Positions 46,864 through 53,520 of a stretch of 53,520 nt of DNA are shown in pieces. Both the position numbers and the translations under genes were made by a program. The DNA lies in the NCBI GenBank assembly GCA_037142195.1, contig JBAXBA010000015.1, positions 1-53,520 of the forward strand, given 5' to 3'. Within the stretch, counting starts at the first letter, position 1. Each line of letters opens with the position of its first letter. This stretch comes from Pseudomonadota bacterium (GTDB lineage: Bacteria > Bdellovibrionota_B > Oligoflexia > Oligoflexales > CAIMVM01). Under the pieces are notes generated by a model, which worked only from the letters and a program-made list of their open reading frames with translations, did no database searches and had not been told where the DNA came from.

Positions 46864-48831
46864 TTAAAGCATCTCTAAAGATGGCCTTTGAGAAGGGCGC
46901 AGAAATAAAATACGCTTAAATTCTTCACGCCCTTCCTGTCCCTGCCAGAGGAAGGGTTGCCATCCCAAAACTTGCCAGAGTACCCTAGCCCGTTGCACTA
47001 AAGATGAGAGTTCTATTTCCCCTTGTTCTGTATACTCTCGAATGAGCTGCACTGCTTCTAGGCCGGCACCAACAGCCATGAAGATATCTATTTTTAGAAG
47101 CTCCATTCCAGGTGTCGAAATATTTAGAAAGTAAGAAAATAAGCGATTCTTCTGCTCTGTGCTCAGAGAACGTCGAATGACCTCATAGGGGCTTTTATGT
47201 TCTCGCAGATTTTCCAGAAGGAAATAGGAAAAGGATTCTGGATCCATTTCCAGGCGGCCCAGAGTCGTTTTATTGGAATGGGACTCCAAGGCTTGCTGCC
47301 ACCAGGTTGTACTTTGAGGACCAAATGTTTGATTCTTATTGCGACTTTCGGCATAGGAAGAGTCAAATTCTTTAGCTATACTTTGTTCCACCTCAGCAGC
47401 AAAAGATTCTTCCTTTAAAACCGTGGGAAGCGTTGCGGGAGAATCTTTCCCCTCTGCAGGGGGATAATTCGCAGCACTTTCAGATGATAACGCAAATGTT
47501 ACCTTCGCCTCCCCTAATCTCTCCTCCCCTTCTTCGCTTCCCTCTTGCTCTTGGAAACTTTCTTGGACTTGAGCTGATCTCGAGACGACCGTCTCATCGC
47601 CTTTCAACGGAGATTCTGAAGCCCATTTACGTTCGGAAGAATTATGGCTCAAGAAAGTCTTGTCTTCGACTTCCTCAACCTCCATTAAATCCAGGCGAGG
47701 AGAATACAATTGGGTATGAACTTGACCGCTGTCTTCAAAATCAAGTGCCCTATCCGCAACTTCCTCCTGATGAGATAACGCAACTTCCCTTGACGAAACG
47801 TCAAGCTGCTCAACATAGGGAAGGGCAGTATGGCCCACACTTGAATCCTCGATACCCCAGGAAGTCGAATTCGAGAACTCTCGATTTGTAATTTTGGAGC
47901 CCGAACTACTCCCATCTGGTAAAGCTTCCACAAAAGTGGATTCTTGACTTTCAAAAGTTAAATCTAGGGATGCCTCGACTGATGTCGAAAGGCTTTTAGA
48001 ATTAGGCACAGCACTAAGTTCTGCCTCTAGAGATGGCCTTTTACTTGATACCAAATTAGCGGGTGGTGTCAAAGACGAAGGTGGAATCAAGGACGAAGGT
48101 GGCGTCAATGATGAGGGCAAATCCATTAAAGGTGATGGCGAACCCTCAGACAAATTTGAGGGTGAATAGAGACTACTTGACCCCTGAGAGTTTGGGGCCA
48201 TGGGGGCAACTTTGCTGGAAAGACTTTCCTCAACCGGATCTGCACCTAAGTCTGATGCTTGGCTTAGTCCAGCTCCCGTCAGATCGATAGGTGTAATTTC
48301 AAAAATTGTGGAAGAGGCATTGGGGCTTTTCTGTTTGACTCTGCTGTCAATAGAAAGAAGACTGATTAACTTGGACTCGTTTGCATTTGAAAACTCACCC
48401 GAAAGTTGATCGGCTAAAAACTCTTCGCCAGGGTTAAAGGTTAACGATTCGTCAACCGAACTGGAATCAAACAATCCAGATCTAGAGATATCTCCAAAGA
48501 ACTGGTTGCTGGTGACATCCTTTTGGCTGTCTATCTTTGCTTTATACTCACGCATAAAACTAGCTTGAGGAAGCCTGTTTTGAGTTTCCAGAATCTCAAT
48601 AATGATTTGAACAGCTTTCAGATTTTTAGGGTCATAGCGGCAAACTAAATAGGCCGTTTGCAAAGCCTCCCTCGGAAAGTCTAATTTATAGAACTCTGCC
48701 AGCTTTAAAACTTCATGCGCTTTTTCCATGGGATCTGGAAGGTCTGCTACTAAGGCAAGATACCTGAATCTTAGAGTGGCTTTAAATGGGTCGGCCTTAA
48801 TGCGTTCCAGAATTAAATCGAAGCCCTTCAT
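46864..48831 (-). CDS. Hypothetical protein: TPR-like N-terminus, long Ser/Glu/Pro-rich disordered linker, helical C-terminus
   Basis: Helical N-terminus with DPKNLKA; about 400-aa low-complexity centre containing an 18-nt repeat (PSSLTP x3, approx. 48062-48118); downstream of accC. Confidence 0.7.
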   Translation of the reverse strand: MKGFDLILERIKADPFKATLRFRYLALVADLPDPMEKAHEVLKLAEFYKLDFPREALQTAYLVCRYDPKNLKAVQIIIEILETQNRLPQASFMREYKAKIDSQKDVTSNQFFGDISRSGLFDSSSVDESLTFNPGEEFLADQLSGEFSNANESKLISLLSIDSRVKQKSPNASSTIFEITPIDLTGAGLSQASDLGADPVEESLSSKVAPMAPNSQGSSSLYSPSNLSEGSPSPLMDLPSSLTPPSSLIPPSSLTPPANLVSSKRPSLEAELSAVPNSKSLSTSVEASLDLTFESQESTFVEALPDGSSSGSKITNREFSNSTSWGIEDSSVGHTALPYVEQLDVSSREVALSHQEEVADRALDFEDSGQVHTQLYSPRLDLMEVEEVEDKTFLSHNSSERKWASESPLKGDETVVSRSAQVQESFQEQEGSEEGEERLGEAKVTFALSSESAANYPPAEGKDSPATLPTVLKEESFAAEVEQSIAKEFDSSYAESRNKNQTFGPQSTTWWQQALESHSNKTTLGRLEMDPESFSYFLLENLREHKSPYEVIRRSLSTEQKNRLFSYFLNISTPGMELLKIDIFMAVGAGLEAVQLIREYTEQGEIELSSLVQRARVLWQVLGWQPFLWQGQEGREEFKRILFLRPSQRPSLEML

Positions 48832-48900
48832 AAAGTCTCCATAAAAACAGCGCGTTTCTTTACTGCTACTATTTTAATGTAAACCTGCTTCGCAGGGAAT

Positions 48901-50250
48901 CTAACTCTTCTTTCTTCCTTTTAAATAAACATCTTCAAGCCAATTTATGGTGATCTCTGATCTTAAAAAGCGCTCGTCTTGAAAAAGCTCTAAGTAGAAG
49001 GGAATATTCGTTCGAATTCCCTCCACTTTAAATTCCCGCAGGGATCGCTTCATTCTTTGAATGCACTCATCACGGTCGCGGCCTTTAACAATGAGCTTTG
49101 CTAGCATAGAGTCATAATTTGGAGGTACCGTATATCCGGCATAAATCATACTATCTACCCGAACACCAATACCGCCTGGCTCATGATAGCCCGTAATCTT
49201 TCCTGGCCATGGGGCAAAGGAAACAGGATCTTCCGCATTAATTCGAACTTCCATCGCATGGCCATTGCTTTTAATTTGGCTTTGCGTGAGGGAGAGTCGC
49301 TCACCTTGAGCTATTTTTATTTGTTCTTTGACGAGATCGATGCCCATAACTTCTTCAGTTACAGGATGTTCAACCTGTATCCTGGTATTTACTTCCATGA
49401 AATAAAAATTTCCGTTTTCATAAAGAAATTCGGCGGTCCCCAGGGACTGATAATTTACCAAACGTGCAAGCTCCAATGCCCTTTCACCTACTTTTTGCCG
49501 TTCCGCCTCTTTGAGAACGGGGCTAGGAGACTCTTCAATGAGCTTTTGCTTTCGTCTTTGGGTCGTGCAATCTCGTTCACCAAGATAAACCAAATTACCG
49601 TGCTGGTCGCCCATCAACTGAATTTCAATATGCCTTGGATTGGTGAGAAAGCGCTCCATATAAACCGTGTCATCGCCAAACCCAGAAAGAGCTTCAGATC
49701 TCGCTAAAGACAGCTGCTTAGGCAGATCGGCTTCAGAATGAACAACTTTCATGCCGCGGCCACCACCACCAGCGGCTGCCTTTATGATGAGAGGGAACCC
49801 AATCTCTTTCGCGGCCTCTATAGCCTGAGCTTCCTCAGTTATCGCTCCATTGCTCCCGGGAAGAAGTGGCACCCCAGCCTTGCGTGCTAAAGCTCTAGCC
49901 TCAACCTTATTTCCTAATACTTTAATTTGCTCGGGAGTTGGGCCAATAAAAGTAATTCCATATTGTCTGCAAACTGAGGCAAACTCAGCTGACTCAGAAA
50001 GAAAACCATATCCTGGATGAATGGCATCAACACCTGCTACTTCCGCAGCACTCATAATAGCTGGTATAGACAAATAGCTTTTTGAGCTTTCTGCTGGACC
50101 TATGCAAACGCTTTCATCGGCTAATTTACAGTGAAGGGAGTCCCTATCAGCAGTCGAATGAATGGCAACAGACTTGATTCCCAGCTCTCTACAAGCTCGA
50201 ATAATTCTAATAGCAATCTCACCGCGATTCGCAATTAGCACTTTTTTCAT
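48901..50250 (-). CDS. accC: Acetyl-CoA carboxylase biotin carboxylase subunit
   Basis: KVLIANRGEIA, HPGYGFLSE, GGGGRGM, FMEVNTRIQVEHPVTE, RINAEDP. Confidence 0.96.
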   Translation of the reverse strand: MKKVLIANRGEIAIRIIRACRELGIKSVAIHSTADRDSLHCKLADESVCIGPAESSKSYLSIPAIMSAAEVAGVDAIHPGYGFLSESAEFASVCRQYGITFIGPTPEQIKVLGNKVEARALARKAGVPLLPGSNGAITEEAQAIEAAKEIGFPLIIKAAAGGGGRGMKVVHSEADLPKQLSLARSEALSGFGDDTVYMERFLTNPRHIEIQLMGDQHGNLVYLGERDCTTQRRKQKLIEESPSPVLKEAERQKVGERALELARLVNYQSLGTAEFLYENGNFYFMEVNTRIQVEHPVTEEVMGIDLVKEQIKIAQGERLSLTQSQIKSNGHAMEVRINAEDPVSFAPWPGKITGYHEPGGIGVRVDSMIYAGYTVPPNYDSMLAKLIVKGRDRDECIQRMKRSLREFKVEGIRTNIPFYLELFQDERFLRSEITINWLEDVYLKGRKKS

Positions 50251-50263
50251 AAGCCGCTTTTCC

Positions 50264-50731
50264 TTATTCGATTACAAAAAGGGCCTGATCAAATTCCACA
50301 GGAGCTTCATTTTCAGCCAAGATTTCACGAATCACACCGTCGCGATCAGCTTCGATCTCATTCATGAGCTTCATGGCTTCGATGATACAAAGAGTCTGGC
50401 CTTTTTTCACACGCTTGCCCACTTCCACAAAGGGAGCTTCACCAGGACCTGAAGAACGATAAAAGGTCCCTACAAAAGGTGAATGAATCAAGGCTCCCCG
50501 ATTCTTCTTCTCAGATACGGACTCAACCGTTTCCTGTGAAGAAGCTACAGGTGCTACGGAACCATGAAATGAAGGAATGGAAACAGGTTGCATCATAGGC
50601 GAAGGCTGATAGGCCATAGGTCCGCTATTTTGAACCATGCGAATCGAATCTTCGCCATTTTTTATTTCAAGTTCACTTAATCCATAAGATCTCATTAACT
50701 TGATCATTTCTTCGGCTTTTTTAAGATCCAT
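50264..50731 (-). CDS. accB: Acetyl-CoA carboxylase biotin carboxyl carrier protein
   Basis: [20 protein letters not shown] biotinylation motif. Confidence 0.96.
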   Translation of the reverse strand: MDLKKAEEMIKLMRSYGLSELEIKNGEDSIRMVQNSGPMAYQPSPMMQPVSIPSFHGSVAPVASSQETVESVSEKKNRGALIHSPFVGTFYRSSGPGEAPFVEVGKRVKKGQTLCIIEAMKLMNEIEADRDGVIREILAENEAPVEFDQALFVIE

Positions 50732-50734
50732 ACT

Positions 50735-51298
50735 CTACTTTACCTTTTCAAGATAGGAATTATCTCTAGTGTCAATCTTTATTAAGTCGCCTACGTTCAA
50801 ATGAAAGGGAACTGTCACCGTAAGCCCTGTGGATGTAACAGCTGGTTTGCCGCCACCGCCCGAAGTATCACCTTTGATATTAGGTTGGGTCTCCGCGATA
50901 GGCAATACAACAAAGTTATCAACATCAATCGCCACCGGACGATTTTTGTAATAAGTAACTTTAACCATGGAATTTTCCTGGATGTAGTATTTTGCCTCAC
51001 CTACTTCATCATCCGATAAAGTAACCTGGTCAAAGGTCGAATTATTCATAAAGTTATATTTCTCGCCATCAAAATAAAGATACTGCATTTCAAACTGTTC
51101 GACGTTGGGAATTCCTAGCTTATCGACACCAGCCTTAAAGTTAATCTCGAGGACGTTACCGGACTCTAGATTCTTAATTTTAGTTCTAACAAATGCTGAC
51201 CCCTTGCCTGGGTTTACATGTTGGAAGTTTACAATAGTCCAAGCGGAGTCTCTATATTCAACTTTAAGACCTTTTTTGAAATCGGTTGTATTGTACAT
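50735..51298 (-). CDS. efp: Elongation factor P
   Basis: HVNPGKGSAFVRTK, KGDT..GG.KPA...TG..V.VP, IKIDTR. Confidence 0.96.
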   Translation of the reverse strand: MYNTTDFKKGLKVEYRDSAWTIVNFQHVNPGKGSAFVRTKIKNLESGNVLEINFKAGVDKLGIPNVEQFEMQYLYFDGEKYNFMNNSTFDQVTLSDDEVGEAKYYIQENSMVKVTYYKNRPVAIDVDNFVVLPIAETQPNIKGDTSGGGGKPAVTSTGLTVTVPFHLNVGDLIKIDTRDNSYLEKVK

Positions 51299-51519
51299 AG
51301 TAAGACATACTCCTAAGCGTTATGTAAAAGTCACTCTACCCCTTGGTAGAAATCATAGCCACACATATAAAGGCAGCAAGCTTGCCATGATACACCTCTA
51401 GGCAACTCCGTGCCATAGTAAAAATAAATCACCCTAGGCAATCTTGACGCTGCTTAATTCCCGACCTTCTGCTAGCATTTGAATTAGGGACAATTCGGTT
51501 CCGCCGGAACATACTTTTA

Positions 51520-52950
51520 GTGAACCCTTATGGATATTTAAAGCAATTTAGAACAGTCCTTATGCTGGAGCTGTTGCTTCTTACGGCAGGGGGTACCTTT
51601 GCGTATCACGTTTGGGCGACCATCTGCGAAGGGGGCTTTTCCCAGTGCTTTAACCGGGGCGGCGGCCTAACTATTTTGAAATATTTAACCCTCGGCTTGT
51701 TAAGACCATTTACCCTATTCCCCCAATTTATCTTTGAGGTCCTTGGAGCCAAGGCTTGGAATTTTGCGTGGGCACCGTGGATTATGGCCCTTTCGAGTAT
51801 ATTAAGTTGGCTTGCGGTGTTCGCCCTTGCTAAAATCATAGGAAAGAAAATTGTCACACCTTGGCTCTCGAGCAATCTTCCTCAAACCCATAAGTTTCTT
51901 CGCTCTCAGGATTGGAAAATCACTTTGCTGACGCGAACCATTCCCTTCGTCCCCTTTGACGTTCTCTCGCTTTGCTATGGCCTACTAGACTTTAGGTGGA
52001 AAGCCACACTCTTTGCCACCCTTGTCACCACGATCCCTGAGTCCTATATTATCTACTATTCCACCCGTTCCCAGGATGGCCTTTTTAAAGACATAGTTTT
52101 TTCCATGATTTTACTCAATGTGCTCTATTGTATTCCTGGCCTTATTTGGGAATATCGTAGCCGGCGCCAAGGTGGGGGTTTATGGATTCGCCTGAATGCC
52201 ATGTGGTCGGAGCTTTTGTTTGAAGTCAAAACCAATAATGACATAGTGAAAAGACAGAATTTTACAGGTAATAAAGTCCCCATTCTACTTCTTTATGGCT
52301 TTTTCTCGTCGAGGCGATCTCTATCGGTCATTGAGCGACACCTCAAAGCAAAAGGCTATGAAGTACTCTCTTTTAACCTAGGTGGACTTCTCGGCGTATT
52401 TTTTACTCGTGGGATTATCGAGACGGCACATTTTATTGATTTCAAATTAAAAAAGCAGTTTGAAAAATATGATTTCAGTAAAGTTACAATCGTAGCCCAT
52501 TCCAAGGGGGGCCTCGTGGCTTTATGGTGGCTGCTTCGCCTAGGAGGTTATAGGTACTGTGATCGGGTTGTTACTATGGGAACTCCCTACAAAGGCACCA
52601 AATTAACATGGCTTCTCTTAATTACTCCGATTGGATTTCTCTGGCGGGACATGTGGCAAATGCGTCCTGGGTCCCGAATGCTAAAAGTTCTAAGTGAAAG
52701 CTATATCCCAGAAGGCGTAAAAATCTTTTGCTTCTATTCTGGAAAAGACCGGGTGTCTAGCGGCATCGACGGCATATTTAATGCTAAAAATCCTTCCGGA
52801 CAAGTGATCCCAGTTGCTATGCATCACATTTCACATTTTGAATATTTGCACAAACGAGATGTCGCAGATGAAATTGCAAAATTATTAGGGCCACCGGAAA
52901 TTATTGTGCGACAACCCAACCACCTAGGTCGAGTTCAAAATGAATCTTAA
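51520..52950 (+). CDS. DedA/VTT (TVP38-type) membrane domain fused to an alpha/beta-hydrolase (lipase)
   Basis: RTIPFVPFDVLSLCYGL VTT motif among TM helices; then PILLLYGF, VAHSKGG nucleophile elbow, TMGTPYKGT, KDRV, ISHFE. Confidence 0.8.
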   Translation: MNPYGYLKQFRTVLMLELLLLTAGGTFAYHVWATICEGGFSQCFNRGGGLTILKYLTLGLLRPFTLFPQFIFEVLGAKAWNFAWAPWIMALSSILSWLAVFALAKIIGKKIVTPWLSSNLPQTHKFLRSQDWKITLLTRTIPFVPFDVLSLCYGLLDFRWKATLFATLVTTIPESYIIYYSTRSQDGLFKDIVFSMILLNVLYCIPGLIWEYRSRRQGGGLWIRLNAMWSELLFEVKTNNDIVKRQNFTGNKVPILLLYGFFSSRRSLSVIERHLKAKGYEVLSFNLGGLLGVFFTRGIIETAHFIDFKLKKQFEKYDFSKVTIVAHSKGGLVALWWLLRLGGYRYCDRVVTMGTPYKGTKLTWLLLITPIGFLWRDMWQMRPGSRMLKVLSESYIPEGVKIFCFYSGKDRVSSGIDGIFNAKNPSGQVIPVAMHHISHFEYLHKRDVADEIAKLLGPPEIIVRQPNHLGRVQNES

Positions 52951-53281
52951 ACCCCATGAACATCAAATCTACTTAATAGCTGATATGAAGCCTTGGGCAC
53001 TATCGCTTCCCGCAAAATTAAAACTCATCGGGCCCGAGGGTGCCGAGGTACAAGTCAATCCCAGCGACTTTCGATTTGAACCAAAGGACTGGGATACTAT
53101 TTTAGCCAGCGGTCAAAAAATGTCCCTTCAATTAAATCACAGCTTCGAGCATTTAGATATCCCCGTTGTCCCGGCCCTTGTTGATAGCTGGCGACTTATT
53201 CGAGAGTCTAACATTCTACACGTCCACCTTCGCATTCTTGGAACCTCCATCGAATTTACGGAGTTTCTGGCCCACATCTAA
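52940..53281 (+). CDS. Hypothetical protein
   Basis: 113-aa ORF overlapping the upstream stop by 11 nt, beta-rich composition. Confidence 0.6.
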   Translation: MNLKPHEHQIYLIADMKPWALSLPAKLKLIGPEGAEVQVNPSDFRFEPKDWDTILASGQKMSLQLNHSFEHLDIPVVPALVDSWRLIRESNILHVHLRILGTSIEFTEFLAHI

Positions 53282-53421
53282 ATAGATCTTACGTCTTCAA
53301 AAAATCTGTGTCCGCCACCTAAACTGACTCGTTATTCTAGAACGACACAAAGAGCTTTAGATTAAATAGCGAAAGAAACTAAGACAGCCACGTTGCGTTT
53401 TAGATGAGAAAACTAAACAGA

Positions 53422-53520
53422 AGAGAGCTTTTAAAGAGAGCTTTTAAAGAGGGCTTTTAAAGAGAGCTTTTAAAGAGAGCTTTTAAAGAGAGCTTTTAAA
53501 GAGAGCTTTTAAAGAGAGCT
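53422..53520. repeat. 13-bp tandem repeat (AGAGAGCTTTTAA, about 7.6 copies) running off the window end
   Basis: Seven full copies (one with a single substitution) and a partial copy. Confidence 0.95.

Noticed and set aside
53422..53520. Terminal repeats (also 1-85) as a CRISPR array
   Set aside because: Units are 12-13 bp, head-to-tail, with no unique spacers and no cas genes in the window.

Overview
A 53.5-kb bacterial chromosomal segment, probably a whole contig because both ends run out in short tandem repeats. Gene content (RomR-like regulator upstream of nadC-birA/coaX, deltaproteobacterial-type RdgC-like protein, ccmF/ccmH, a FliA-type promoter, many secreted hypothetical proteins) suggests Bdellovibrionota/Oligoflexia or a related former deltaproteobacterial lineage (inference). 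Housekeeping blocks: Opp/Yej-type peptide ABC transporter, TolC-MacAB, ABC-F, hemF-ccmF-ccmH operon, mtaB, GMC oxidoreductase pair, ABC-2 exporter, subtilase, marC, nadC, birA-coaX fusion, efp-accB-accC. There are two accessory regions. (i) About 7.0-10.4 kb, a toxin-antitoxin cluster: an intact TacA/TacT pair, a truncated YgiT/MqsA-type zinc-finger gene, and a three-gene RelE/HigB-like + tailed Xre-HTH + unknown beta-rich protein module, the best candidate for an undescribed system. (ii) About 16.3-25 kb: an HExxH outer-membrane protein, an AAA_14/DUF4143 ATPase with a perfect 16-bp operator palindrome, dispersed degenerate repeats, an IS91-like remnant and a GAF protein with cyclase-like motifs. 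Also notable are a DedA/VTT-lipase fusion and a pair of six-cysteine secreted paralogs. No rRNA, tRNA or CRISPR array was recognised. All family calls come from motif recognition by eye, without database searches.
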